DNA of 64,000 bases from Thermoplasmatales archaeon (GTDB lineage Archaea > Thermoplasmatota > Thermoplasmata > Thermoplasmatales > GCA-001856825), in NCBI GenBank assembly GCA_038729485.1, contig JAVYRX010000001.1, positions 44,890-108,889 of the forward strand, in the 5' to 3' direction. Positions 15,876 to 25,729 of the stretch are shown piece after piece. The position numbers were made by a program, and so were the translations under genes. Below the pieces are notes generated by a model, which saw only the letters and a list, made by a program, of their open reading frames with translations, had not been told where the DNA came from and did no database searches. Position 1 is the first letter of the stretch, and each line of letters begins with the position of its first letter.

Positions 15876-18581
15876 ATGAACTACGATTTTAATTCCGTTG
15901 AAGAGAAGTGGAAGAGAAAATGGGAAGAAGAACATGCTTTTGAACCTAGAATTGACGGAAGAAAGTTCATGATCACTGTGCCTTGGCCATATTGCAATGG
16001 CGCTCTGCACATTGGCCATGGGAGAACTTATACAATTGGAGACATAGTTGCAAGATTCAAAAGGATGACAGGTTACAATGTTCTCTACCCAATGGGCTTT
16101 CACATTTCTGGCACGCCGATACTGGCATTTAGCAAGAAAATAGAAAAGGGTGACGAACAGACTGTGAATCTCTACAGGAGCTACCTAGAACTTTACGGGG
16201 ACAACCCGGACAGAGTAAAGGAGTTTTCAGAACCTACTCGGATTGCTGCGTATTTCTCTGATAAGATAATAAACGATTTTACCAACATGGGCTTCTCAAT
16301 AGACTGGACGAGAAAATTCTCATCCGGAGAACCAATATACAATAAATTTGTGGAATGGCAGTTTTCTCTGCTTCTTGAGAAGGGCCTTATAAAGAGGGGT
16401 GACTACCCGATCCTTTATGACCCAAATGAAGGAAATCCCGTTGGAGAAGACGACATTCTGGAAGGCGATACAGATAAGGTCTCCATAACACAATTTACCG
16501 GAGTTTTTTTCAGGGTAGGAGAAGACATTCTTATCGCTTCGACTCTTAGACCTGAAACCCTTGAAGGGGTGACAAATCTTTTTATAAACCCGGAAGGAAG
16601 GTACGTCAGGATAAAGATGGATGGAAGGACGTTCATAGTAAGCGAAGAGGCATTCCTGAAATTGAAGCACCAGAGGAATTTGGAGCGCCTTTCAGATGTA
16701 GATCCGAAAGAGATCGTTAAGATGGAGGCCATTGAGCCGCTTCACTCTAGAAAGATTCCGATATATGAGGCTAGATTTGTTGATCCGGATATAGGTACCG
16801 GAATTGATTATTCTGTTCCATCGCATTCGATCTGGGATCACGTTGCCTTGCTGGAATTGGGCATGAAACCAGAATACATAAGGGTGATAGAAATTGACGC
16901 CTCTCCGATTGACATAGAGGAACTGAGGAAGAAATATTCTATACGTGGTCTTTCTGACAGGGAAAGGCTGGATGAAGCAACAAAATACGTCTACGAACAG
17001 GAATTCTACCATGGGAAGATTATCAGAGGGGAATATAGCGGTTCCTACGTAAGGGACGTGAAGGACGACATTGTTTTAGATTTGATATCACGTGGCTATG
17101 CTATCCCTGTTTATGACACCTCTAGGAAGGCAGAGACCAGGGAAGGAAATAAAGTCATAGTCGCAGTAATAAAGGACCAATGGTTCATTGATTATTCTCA
17201 GGAGGAGTGGAAAGAGAAAGTCCGGGAACTCGTCTTAAGGATGATACTCAGACCAGATAACTTGAGGGGCCAGTTTATCCAAGCTATTGATTGGGTCAGG
17301 GAAAGGCCCTGCGCTAGAAGAAGGGGACTGGGGACACGCCTTCCAATGGATAGGGATTGGGTGATAGAGAGCCTAAGCGATTCAACAATATATACAGCTG
17401 TTTATACAGTTATGCCCTACCTAAGGAAAATAGGTGTCGAGAAGATAGGGAGTCAAATTTTCAATTATATCTTCCTAGGGAATGGAGATATAAGCAATCT
17501 GGATGAAGAGGCCGCGGGCCTTGTGAGGCTCGCTAGAAAGGAATTCGAATATTGGTACCCAGTGGATCTAAGACACACGAGCTATCCGCACATAACAAAC
17601 CATCTGACCTTCTATCTTTTCAACCACGTTGCTATTTTTCCCGAAAGATTCTGGCCCGTAGGCATATCAACTGGTGGAATGGTCATCTCTGAGGGCCAGA
17701 AAATGTCTAAGAGCAAAGGCAACGTTTATCCATTGCTAACCATAAAGAGGAAATACGGCGCAGACTTATTCAGAATGTACCTTGCATCTAATGCGGACGT
17801 ATGGTACGATGTTGATTGGAGAACGAGCGAGGTCGAAAACTACTCCAAAAAATTATCTAGGTTGTACAGTATTCTCATGGAAGCTTCGGCGGAGACCGGT
17901 GAACCGGAGGAAAGAGATTGTTGGATCATATCAAGGATGGCGGACAGAATCAGAACTGCTTCAGAGAATTACGAATCCATGAGAATCAGGGACGCTGCAG
18001 TAGACCTATTCTTCAATTCTCTTAACGACGTGAGGGATCTAGAGAACTTTGCCGGGAAAGAAAGGATGCTGAGGGCCGTTAGAAAATTCGCAAAGGAATG
18101 GGCTTTGGCATTGGCACCAATAATGCCATTCATGGCAGAGGAAATTTATTACACTTATGGTGGCCGGGGTTTGGCTTCCTTGCAGACTTTTCCCAAAATC
18201 GAGAATGAATTCAAGGAGATAGAGGAACAGTGGAACTTCATCGAGTCTCTGGTGGATGACTTTAGAAACATAATGAAGGTGTCTCGCGTGAAACCGACAG
18301 GAATGAAGGTGTCTCTCGCGGAAGAGTGGAAGTGGGAGCTGTTTAATAGAGCCAAGAATGAAGACATTAGAAATATGATTAAAAACACGGAAGGGGAGAA
18401 GAGGGAATTTCTCGTTTCATTGATGAAGAGAAAGGGGTTGGACCCGAAGATCAGGAATGAGAGGGAAGTGATAGAAACATATAAGGAAGACCTCGAGAGG
18501 CTTTTGAACATAAAAATAATTATAACGGAAGAGGGAGACAGGAAAGCTCTGCCCGGAAGGCCCTCTATCATTTTATTTTAA
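15876..18581 (+). CDS. leuS: leucyl-tRNA synthetase (archaeal type)
   Basis: 901 aa. HIGH motif (ALHIGHGRTYTIGDIVARFKRMTGYNVLYPMGFH) and KMSKS (QKMSKSKGN). Confidence 0.9.
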   Translation: MNYDFNSVEEKWKRKWEEEHAFEPRIDGRKFMITVPWPYCNGALHIGHGRTYTIGDIVARFKRMTGYNVLYPMGFHISGTPILAFSKKIEKGDEQTVNLYRSYLELYGDNPDRVKEFSEPTRIAAYFSDKIINDFTNMGFSIDWTRKFSSGEPIYNKFVEWQFSLLLEKGLIKRGDYPILYDPNEGNPVGEDDILEGDTDKVSITQFTGVFFRVGEDILIASTLRPETLEGVTNLFINPEGRYVRIKMDGRTFIVSEEAFLKLKHQRNLERLSDVDPKEIVKMEAIEPLHSRKIPIYEARFVDPDIGTGIDYSVPSHSIWDHVALLELGMKPEYIRVIEIDASPIDIEELRKKYSIRGLSDRERLDEATKYVYEQEFYHGKIIRGEYSGSYVRDVKDDIVLDLISRGYAIPVYDTSRKAETREGNKVIVAVIKDQWFIDYSQEEWKEKVRELVLRMILRPDNLRGQFIQAIDWVRERPCARRRGLGTRLPMDRDWVIESLSDSTIYTAVYTVMPYLRKIGVEKIGSQIFNYIFLGNGDISNLDEEAAGLVRLARKEFEYWYPVDLRHTSYPHITNHLTFYLFNHVAIFPERFWPVGISTGGMVISEGQKMSKSKGNVYPLLTIKRKYGADLFRMYLASNADVWYDVDWRTSEVENYSKKLSRLYSILMEASAETGEPEERDCWIISRMADRIRTASENYESMRIRDAAVDLFFNSLNDVRDLENFAGKERMLRAVRKFAKEWALALAPIMPFMAEEIYYTYGGRGLASLQTFPKIENEFKEIEEQWNFIESLVDDFRNIMKVSRVKPTGMKVSLAEEWKWELFNRAKNEDIRNMIKNTEGEKREFLVSLMKRKGLDPKIRNEREVIETYKEDLERLLNIKIIITEEGDRKALPGRPSIILF

Positions 18582-19305
18582 GGAATTTTGAGAGAGCATC
18601 CCTGGCCTTGTCGGACCAGAGGATTTCTCCGAACAGTCTCGACTCTTCCTGAGAATCATAAGGATCATTGGATATCAGGTGTTTTATAGATTTCACGCTT
18701 TCTGACGATTTTGAGGAAATGCTTGCAGCAAGGTCTTCCGCGCAGCTAACAGGCTGATCGCAGAGAACATTTACCAGTCCTATTCTGAAAGCTTCGGCGC
18801 CCGTCAGTACCGTGCCAGTCAAGGCTAGATATTTTGCCATTCCTTGACCCACGGCCTTTTGAAGCCTCTTCAATCCGCCCCATCCGGGAAATAATCCAAG
18901 ATTTACCTCCGTTAACCCCATCTTTGCAGCTTGAGAGGCGATCCGGATGTCGCAGCTAAGTGCTAGCTCCAGACCACCGCCGTATGCGCCTCCTTCTATG
19001 GCAGCGATTGTTACTCCCTCGAACTTTTCTATTCTATCCATTATTTCGTTTCCGATTCTTGAAAATTCCTTCCCTTGCTCCTTGTTAGCGGAATACATTA
19101 CAGAAAGGTCTCCGCCGGCTGAAAAAAAACTGCCTGAACCTGAAAAAATTACCGCTGAACTTCCTTTTAGTGAGTCAAGCTCCCTTTCTATCTCCAAGAG
19201 GATGTCAGGAGATAGTGCATTTTTCTTTTCCGGCCTGTTCAGAGCAATTATGGCATATCCGTCCTTCTTATAAACAGATACGGGTCGCAAATTAATTACC
19301 TTCAC
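18568..19305 (-). CDS. enoyl-CoA hydratase/isomerase (crotonase) family protein
   Basis: 245 aa. NRPEKKNAL, FSAGGDL and AAIEGGAYGGGLELALSCD motifs. Confidence 0.85.
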   Translation of the reverse strand: MKVINLRPVSVYKKDGYAIIALNRPEKKNALSPDILLEIERELDSLKGSSAVIFSGSGSFFSAGGDLSVMYSANKEQGKEFSRIGNEIMDRIEKFEGVTIAAIEGGAYGGGLELALSCDIRIASQAAKMGLTEVNLGLFPGWGGLKRLQKAVGQGMAKYLALTGTVLTGAEAFRIGLVNVLCDQPVSCAEDLAASISSKSSESVKSIKHLISNDPYDSQEESRLFGEILWSDKARDALSKFLKIK

Positions 19306-19856
19306 GTTACAACGAACTTGTACGATATCTCTTCCTCACCAACTTTCTTTTCGGAAGGAGCTATCACCCTATTTGATTGATCAAGAAGTGCCGTTATATA
19401 ACCATCAGCAACATCGAGAAATGCGTTTCCGTCCTTTCTGGCCGATACAGTTAATATTATGATGTGTTTGGAAGCATCCTTCAATGCGGTTTTCACGTAC
19501 GGAACATCCGTTATCACGGCATCCTCTATGAGCCTCACCAGTTGCCTCTGCGTCGAGAATTTCGCTATGAACTTGGTCATCTTTGCCCTGTCTCCGAGTG
19601 CATATCCTATTTGATTCAGTCTTGTTTTTGGATCTCCGCCAAGGACGTTGGCTGCCGTTTCAATTACTTTCTTGTATATGGCCTCAGGATACAGCTGCGA
19701 CCTGCTTATCTCTCCGATGCCTCCGAAAACTATTGAAGGTCTATTCAGCATCGCGAGCATGGTCCTGACACCATTCATACCCCTCCTCTGCTTCACATAC
19801 TCGAACACAAACCTCAAGTCAGCACCAGTTGCTTCCTGCATTAATATCGGATTCAA
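19302..19856 (-). CDS. hypothetical protein
   Basis: 184-aa ORF. 4-nt overlap with the downstream crotonase gene suggests co-translation. No motif recognised. Confidence 0.4.
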   Translation of the reverse strand: MNPILMQEATGADLRFVFEYVKQRRGMNGVRTMLAMLNRPSIVFGGIGEISRSQLYPEAIYKKVIETAANVLGGDPKTRLNQIGYALGDRAKMTKFIAKFSTQRQLVRLIEDAVITDVPYVKTALKDASKHIIILTVSARKDGNAFLDVADGYITALLDQSNRVIAPSEKKVGEEEISYKFVVT

Positions 19857-19964
19857 TATAAATTACTTATTATTATCCCTTTTCATTCTGAATTCCTTAC
19901 GATCTTTGGACTATGATTGCTTCATAAACTTCAGTTTTGATGAGTCTTTGAGCTTGTAGAAACG

Positions 19965-20867
19965 TCAGAATACATCAGAAATAGATATGATCTCACTCGT
20001 GAAGCCATCCATTGCGATTGCAGATGACGAATAAATTGGATAGAAGCACGTGTTCAGGAAGGTCACCTTTATAGTATCGGCTATCGGCTTCACTGATTTT
20101 CTGGTGTAAATTATGAATGACTGCGTTTCCTTCTTTTCTACTATCTCAGTCTCTGTTGTATCTTCTAACCATTTTTTCGCTCTTTCAAGAGAAGGCAGAG
20201 GTTCCCACTTTATTTCCATCTCCCTGTGATCAGTGGGCCAGACATCAAGTAATTCAAACCCATTTATAGACCTGTAGACCTTCCCGTTAACTGCATTTAC
20301 CATCAATGTTCCCTCCCTGGTGCCGACGATCTCCCCCTCCATTACCTTCAGTGAATAAGAGAAGAAATGATACGGAACGAATATGAGCTCCGGCTTCAGG
20401 CCTACCGTTTTTACGACATCGTTCGCATCGATTGTCGGTTTAATGTATCTGGGATTTTGCCCCTCTTCGAGATACACTAAGATGTACCCTTTCCCCCCTT
20501 CCTGTTGTTCTCTATCGTTTGCAGTGGTCTCTTCCTTCCTAGACTCTAAATACATTTCTATAACCGCCCTCCCTAGAATCTTGGCTACCTCGTCATCCTT
20601 TACCGCAGTAATCTTATGGTACTTGCAGTATGAAATTATTTCCTGGTTCACGTCCTTAACCAGGATAAAAACGAACCTTTCCCCGGAGAAGGAAGAGGTG
20701 GACGATTGAAATTCTCTCACCTTCTCTATGTCGTTGTGCTCCAGTAGCAGGATTACCTCCCCCGAACCGTCGCCGTGATCAACCCAGATGTAGTCCTGGG
20801 GGAAGCCAGGATAAGTTCTATAACCCATCTTTTGAACCATGTCGTCGATAATTACTTTTATGTCCAC
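19965..20867 (-). CDS. hypothetical two-domain protein
   Basis: 300 aa, GTG start. N-terminal alpha/beta region, acidic linker (ESRKEETTANDREQQEGG), C-terminal beta-rich domain (GTLMVNAVNGKVY). No family assigned. Confidence 0.4.
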   Translation of the reverse strand: MDIKVIIDDMVQKMGYRTYPGFPQDYIWVDHGDGSGEVILLLEHNDIEKVREFQSSTSSFSGERFVFILVKDVNQEIISYCKYHKITAVKDDEVAKILGRAVIEMYLESRKEETTANDREQQEGGKGYILVYLEEGQNPRYIKPTIDANDVVKTVGLKPELIFVPYHFFSYSLKVMEGEIVGTREGTLMVNAVNGKVYRSINGFELLDVWPTDHREMEIKWEPLPSLERAKKWLEDTTETEIVEKKETQSFIIYTRKSVKPIADTIKVTFLNTCFYPIYSSSAIAMDGFTSEIISISDVF

Positions 20868-20940
20868 AGCTTCTTATGCTTTTATGGATATTATCGTTTT
20901 CATTAAATAACAGGGAAATTTGCACACCCCCCAAATTTTA

Positions 20941-21004
20941 GCATCCCTTTATAGAGTCTCGCAATTTTGGTTCAGCATCCTTTTATAGAATCTTGCAATT
21001 TTGG
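20941..21004 (+). repeat. tandem imperfect 34-nt duplication, each copy carrying a TATA-like box, upstream of the oxidoreductase operon
   Basis: GCATCCCTTTATAGAGTCTCGCAATTTTGG (20941-20970) and GCATCCTTTTATAGAATCTTGCAATTTTGG (20975-21004) match at 27/30 positions. The proximal TTTTATAG ends about 30 nt before the ATG at 21018. Confidence 0.7.
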
Positions 21005-21017
21005 ATAGTGCAGGGAT

Positions 21018-21563
21018 ATGTATGAAATAAGATTCCACGGAAGAGGTGGACAGGGAGCGGTTACAGCTTCAAAAATATTAGCTACGGCTGCTTTTTTTGA
21101 AAACAAATGGGTGACCTCCTTTCCATTCTTCGGGACTGAGCGCAGGGGGGCTCCTGTCACTGCCTTTACCAGAATTGACGAAAGCAGAATCGAGCTGAGG
21201 AGTCAAATATATGAACCTGATGCAGTCGTTGTCCTTGACAAGTCCCTAATGGACGTAGTGAATGTCACAAGCGGACTGAAGAGCGATGGAGTCATAGTAG
21301 TCAATGGGAAGAACACGGACGTCAAGGATTCTGGCAAGTTCCGGATAGGATATGTGGATGCTACAAGCATTGCCCTAAGGAATGGACTCGGAGACCCTTC
21401 ACATCCAATAGTAAATACAGCGATACTCGGTTCCTTTGCAAAAGCCAGCGGCGTTGTTTCCATTGAATCAATAAAAAAAGCAACATACGACATGGTTCCA
21501 TCAAGGAAGGCCGAAAACGTAAGGGCTATACAGGAAGCATACGAAGAGACGGAGGTGAGCTGA
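21018..21563 (+). CDS. porG: 2-oxoacid (pyruvate/2-ketoisovalerate):ferredoxin oxidoreductase gamma subunit
   Basis: 181 aa. FHGRGGQGAVTASKILA...FGTERRGAP is typical of POR/VOR gamma. Substrate is not assignable by eye. Confidence 0.85.
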   Translation: MYEIRFHGRGGQGAVTASKILATAAFFENKWVTSFPFFGTERRGAPVTAFTRIDESRIELRSQIYEPDAVVVLDKSLMDVVNVTSGLKSDGVIVVNGKNTDVKDSGKFRIGYVDATSIALRNGLGDPSHPIVNTAILGSFAKASGVVSIESIKKATYDMVPSRKAENVRAIQEAYEETEVS

Positions 21564-21564
21564 A

Positions 21565-21852
21565 ATGCCGTTAGCGCCGCTTGCCTATGTACCATCAAAC
21601 TCGAATATCATGTCTTCCTGGAGGACATCCAAACCTGTAATAGATTACGGCAAGTGCACAAGATGCGAGATATGCTGGAAGTTTTGCCCGGATGTTGCCA
21701 TTGACCTCGTATCAGGGAACGACCTCCCAGTCGCTAACCAAAAATTCAAGGCTCTTGAGGCCCCATCCATTGATTATGATCACTGCAAGGGGTGTGGGAT
21801 ATGCGCCACGGAATGCCCATTCGGAGCTATAGAGATGGTGAGGGAGGAATAA
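21565..21852 (+). CDS. porD: 2-oxoacid:ferredoxin oxidoreductase delta subunit (2x[4Fe-4S] ferredoxin)
   Basis: 95 aa. CTRCEICWKFCP and CKGCGICATECP cluster motifs. Confidence 0.85.
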   Translation: MPLAPLAYVPSNSNIMSSWRTSKPVIDYGKCTRCEICWKFCPDVAIDLVSGNDLPVANQKFKALEAPSIDYDHCKGCGICATECPFGAIEMVREE

Positions 21853-21854
21853 TC

Positions 21855-23027
21855 ATGCAGTCCGCAAATTCAATAATGAAAATAATGACGGGGAATGAGG
21901 CTGTGGCAGAGGGTGTTAGACTATCTAGAGTTGGCCTCATATCTGCCTACCCGATAACACCTCAAACTACAATAGTAGAAAAGCTGGCAGAAATGGTTTC
22001 TAACGGAGAAATAGATTCGAAATTTATAGAAGTGGAGAGCGAGCACAGTGCAATGTCATCGGTTATAGGAGGGGAACTTACAGGTACAAGATCTTACACC
22101 GCATCATCGTCCCATGGTATCCTCTACATGCACGAAGCTTTACACTGGGCTGCTGGTATGAGGCTCCCGATTGTTATGTCCGTAGTAAACAGAGCCATAG
22201 GTCCCCCGTGGAACATATGGAGCGAACAGACTGATACCTTTAATCAGAGAGATACAGGATGGCTTCAGATTTACTGCGAATCAAACCAGGAAGCACTTGA
22301 CAGCATCATCCTGGGATATAAAATAGCGGAAAACAAGAAAATATTGCTCCCGTTGATGAATATGCTTGACGCATTTACCCTCTCTCATACGTCAGAGCCT
22401 GTGGAAATAAGAGATGGAAGGATCGTGAGTGACTTTCTTGGCGAGCTAAATCTAGACTTCAGAATAGATCTAAAAAATCCCATGGGGTATGGATCCCTCG
22501 TCTCCCCAAACGGCCCGTTTATGGAAATGAAGAGGGACATAAGGGAAAGCATGTACAATCTTGATACGATTAAAGCCACGATAGGCGAGTTCAATGAAGT
22601 AGTCGGAGGGAGAATACCCGGATTGATCGAGGAGTTCATGACTGAGGACGCGGATTACGCACTGATAACGACGGGAGCAATCTCGTCAACCGGAAAGTAT
22701 ACTGTCAGGAAACTGAGGAATATGGGAAAGAAGGTAGGCCTCATAAGATTGTATTTCTACAGGCCATTCCCCGGTGATGAAGTGATAAGGGCGATCTCCG
22801 GCATGAAGGGAGTTGGAATAGTTGAGAGGAACAGTTCATTCGGATACAAAGGCGCCACTTTCCAAGACGTCGTTTCTGCGGCTTATGGTAGAACTGACGT
22901 ACACTTCAAGAATTATGTGGTGGGACTTGGGGGGAGGGACGTGAGAGTCAACGACTTTGAGTTCATGTTCGACGATCTTAAAAATGAAGACAGTGGCATA
23001 AAATGGGTAAATTCGGAGGCGGTATAG
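21855..23027 (+). CDS. porA: 2-oxoacid:ferredoxin oxidoreductase alpha subunit
   Basis: MTGNEAVAEG...AYPITPQT...EHSAMS motifs. I prefer the ATG at 21855 (after GGAGG, 2 nt after the porD stop) over the track start at 21792. Confidence 0.85.
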   Translation: MQSANSIMKIMTGNEAVAEGVRLSRVGLISAYPITPQTTIVEKLAEMVSNGEIDSKFIEVESEHSAMSSVIGGELTGTRSYTASSSHGILYMHEALHWAAGMRLPIVMSVVNRAIGPPWNIWSEQTDTFNQRDTGWLQIYCESNQEALDSIILGYKIAENKKILLPLMNMLDAFTLSHTSEPVEIRDGRIVSDFLGELNLDFRIDLKNPMGYGSLVSPNGPFMEMKRDIRESMYNLDTIKATIGEFNEVVGGRIPGLIEEFMTEDADYALITTGAISSTGKYTVRKLRNMGKKVGLIRLYFYRPFPGDEVIRAISGMKGVGIVERNSSFGYKGATFQDVVSAAYGRTDVHFKNYVVGLGGRDVRVNDFEFMFDDLKNEDSGIKWVNSEAV

Positions 23028-23909
23028 ATGCCACTCAGCATTCCTAGGGAAGAGTTTATGGAAAAGGGGCATACGGCGTGCGCCGGATGCGGTGCTGCAT
23101 TGACCATGCGCTACGTCCTCAAGGCACTTGGCCCCAAAAGTGTGGTGACAATACCGGCATCCTGCTGGGCCGTGATACCCGGAGAATATCCAAGCATTTC
23201 TCTTGATGTTCCCCTTGTTTACACCACGTTTGCCTCTACTGGCGCAACTATTTCCGGAATAAGGGAAGGGCTGGACAGCCAAGGAAAGGAAGACTACAAT
23301 GTCGTAGGCTTTGCCGGGGACGGGGGCACTGCCGATATAGGATTGCAGTCGCTGAGCGCCGCTATGGAAAGGGGGCACAACGTGCTTTACATTATGTACG
23401 ACAATGAAGCATACATGAATACCGGCATACAGAGAAGCGGAAGCACGCCTTTCGGGGCCTGGACCACTACTACACCTGTGGGTTCCAAGAGGAATTACAA
23501 GAGACAGAATAAGAAAAGCGTGTCTGATATAATGATAGCCCAGGGTGTTCCGTATGTGGCCACCGCAACGGTTGCTTATCCAGAAGACCTCGAAAGGAAG
23601 ATTTCTATAGCAAAATCTATAACTGGACCAAAGTTCATGCAAATTCTTTCGCCTTGTCCTCCAGGCTGGTATTACAATTCAGCAGATACGGTAAAGGTTT
23701 CAAGACTCGCAGTAGAGACGAAGGTTTTCCCTCTGTACGAATCCATTCAGGGGAAGTTAAAAGTGTTCAAACCCTCAAAGATTCTTCCAGTGAAGGAATA
23801 CCTCAGCCTGCAGGGAAGATTCGCACACCTAAATGAGGATGAGATTGCGGAAATTCAAATGGCCGTTGATCAGCGTTGGGAGGATCTTCTGAAAAGGGAG
23901 AAACAATGA
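23028..23909 (+). CDS. porB: 2-oxoacid:ferredoxin oxidoreductase beta subunit (TPP-binding)
   Basis: 293 aa. GHTACAGCG and GDGGTADIG...NEAYMNTG TPP motifs. Confidence 0.85.
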   Translation: MPLSIPREEFMEKGHTACAGCGAALTMRYVLKALGPKSVVTIPASCWAVIPGEYPSISLDVPLVYTTFASTGATISGIREGLDSQGKEDYNVVGFAGDGGTADIGLQSLSAAMERGHNVLYIMYDNEAYMNTGIQRSGSTPFGAWTTTTPVGSKRNYKRQNKKSVSDIMIAQGVPYVATATVAYPEDLERKISIAKSITGPKFMQILSPCPPGWYYNSADTVKVSRLAVETKVFPLYESIQGKLKVFKPSKILPVKEYLSLQGRFAHLNEDEIAEIQMAVDQRWEDLLKREKQ

Positions 23910-25729
23910 CATACAACTCATTAATGGGTCCGGAGGGTAGCGTTGAATTTCTCCTTGGAAACGAGGCGGTAGCAAGGGCCATATATGAAGCAGGAGTCTC
24001 CGTTGCATCAACCTATCCTGGAACGCCAAGTTCAGAGATAGGAGACGCACTTTTCTCTATCTCAGAAGAATTGGGAATAAAGTTTGAATTTGCAGTGAAT
24101 GAAAAGGTTGCGCTTGAGATAGCTGCAGCTGCCTCATCTGGAGGCTTAAGATCAATAGTTTTTATGAAACACGTTGGCCTGAATGTAGCCATGGATTCTT
24201 TCGTCTCCCTGGCAATGGCTGGAGTAAATGGCGGAATGGTAATACTTACTGCAGACGATCCTTCCATGCACTCTTCCCAAAACGAACAGGACAACAGATT
24301 CTTAGGTAAGTTCGCAAGGATGCCTGTCATTGAACCGTCCAATCCGCAGGAGCTTAAAGATTTCGTTCTCAAGGCATTTGAGATATCAGAGGAAACAGGA
24401 CAGCCTGTGCTCGTGAGAAGCGTAACGAGGGTATCTCACATAAGAGCACCGGTGACGCTAGGCAGGGTGTCAAGCAGGAAGGAGTGGGGGTTCAATAAAA
24501 GAAAATCGTTTGTGCTTCTTCCAGAGAACGCTGTTTCTGCAGAGACCAAAGTGGAAACGAGAATATCCATGGCATTGAAGAATGAGTTCACCTCATTCCT
24601 AAATAATGCCAGTGGAAACTCTGGTACCCTTATAATAACGTCAGGAGCTTCCTATAACTACATCGGAGAGGCCCTTGATATTCTGGGTCTCGATGCACGG
24701 ATTATTAAGATAGGCATGAGCTATCCCCTTGATCTTGATTTCATTATGGGCGAGGTTAGAAAGGCCGAGAGGGTCATATTCGTGGAGGAGGGAGGCCCGT
24801 TCATCGAGGAGCAGGTGCTTGCTTATTCAGCCCTGGAGGGCATAAACAAGAAATTCTATGGTAAGATAAACAAATCGATACCGTACGAATACGAGATGGA
24901 TGTAGACAGGGTCGCCTCAAGTTTGTCAAAGATATTTGGGGTAGAGTTTCACTCTGTAGAGGCATCACAAACTGCCCCTAGACCACCCGTTCTTTGTCCC
25001 GGCTGTCCCCACAGAGCTACATATTATGTAGCGAAACTTGCGATGCGCCAGAAGGGAATTAAGAATGCCGTGATGCCCACTGATATAGGATGCTATACGC
25101 TCGGCTATTATCAGCCGTATTCCATGGGTGATTTTCTCCTTTCAATGGGTTCATCCATAGGAACTGCAAATGGATTTAGCCTAGCTGCCGGGGAAAAGGT
25201 AGTTTCGTTCATAGGAGACAGCACATTTTTCCACGCGGGAATACCGGCATTGATCAATGCGTATCATAACAGGCACAACCTTCTGTTGGTCATACTAGAC
25301 AATTCCACGACGGCAATGACAGGAGGACAGCCGACGCCAGAAACATCTGACAGATTCAGGAGCGTTGACATAGAGAAGGTAGTGAAAGGAATTGGCATAG
25401 AAAACGTTTTCATAATTGATCCTTACGACATTCGGACCTCTCTGGACACATTCAAGAGGGCCCTGGATAGTAAAGACGTTGCCGTAATCATAAGCAGGAG
25501 AGAATGCGCTCTCGAAGCAGATAGAAAGAAGGCACCTTCAGAAATGAGATTTTTCCAAGTTAACCAAGATAAATGCAACCTATGCTACAACTGCGTTAGG
25601 AACTTTTCCTGTGCTGCGTTCTACATTAAGGACAAGAGAGTGTACATAGATCCAGAACTATGTGACGGTTGCGGTGTTTGCGCAGAGGATCTTGTTTGCC
25701 CGTTTAATGCAATAGAGGTGAGCGCTTAA
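23906..25729 (+). CDS. iorA: indolepyruvate:ferredoxin oxidoreductase alpha subunit
   Basis: About 607 aa from the ATG at 23906 (ATGA overlap with the porB stop). LLGNEAVARA...YPGTPSSEI, CPGCPHRA, GDSTFFHAG, and a C-terminal 2x Cys cluster motif. Confidence 0.85.
   Translation: MTYNSLMGPEGSVEFLLGNEAVARAIYEAGVSVASTYPGTPSSEIGDALFSISEELGIKFEFAVNEKVALEIAAAASSGGLRSIVFMKHVGLNVAMDSFVSLAMAGVNGGMVILTADDPSMHSSQNEQDNRFLGKFARMPVIEPSNPQELKDFVLKAFEISEETGQPVLVRSVTRVSHIRAPVTLGRVSSRKEWGFNKRKSFVLLPENAVSAETKVETRISMALKNEFTSFLNNASGNSGTLIITSGASYNYIGEALDILGLDARIIKIGMSYPLDLDFIMGEVRKAERVIFVEEGGPFIEEQVLAYSALEGINKKFYGKINKSIPYEYEMDVDRVASSLSKIFGVEFHSVEASQTAPRPPVLCPGCPHRATYYVAKLAMRQKGIKNAVMPTDIGCYTLGYYQPYSMGDFLLSMGSSIGTANGFSLAAGEKVVSFIGDSTFFHAGIPALINAYHNRHNLLLVILDNSTTAMTGGQPTPETSDRFRSVDIEKVVKGIGIENVFIIDPYDIRTSLDTFKRALDSKDVAVIISRRECALEADRKKAPSEMRFFQVNQDKCNLCYNCVRNFSCAAFYIKDKRVYIDPELCDGCGVCAEDLVCPFNAIEVSA

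Noticed and set aside
22836-23642. 268-aa minus-strand ORF inside porA/porB
   Set aside because: It is antisense to strongly supported TPP-enzyme genes. It has Cys/His/Arg-rich low-quality composition and no motifs.
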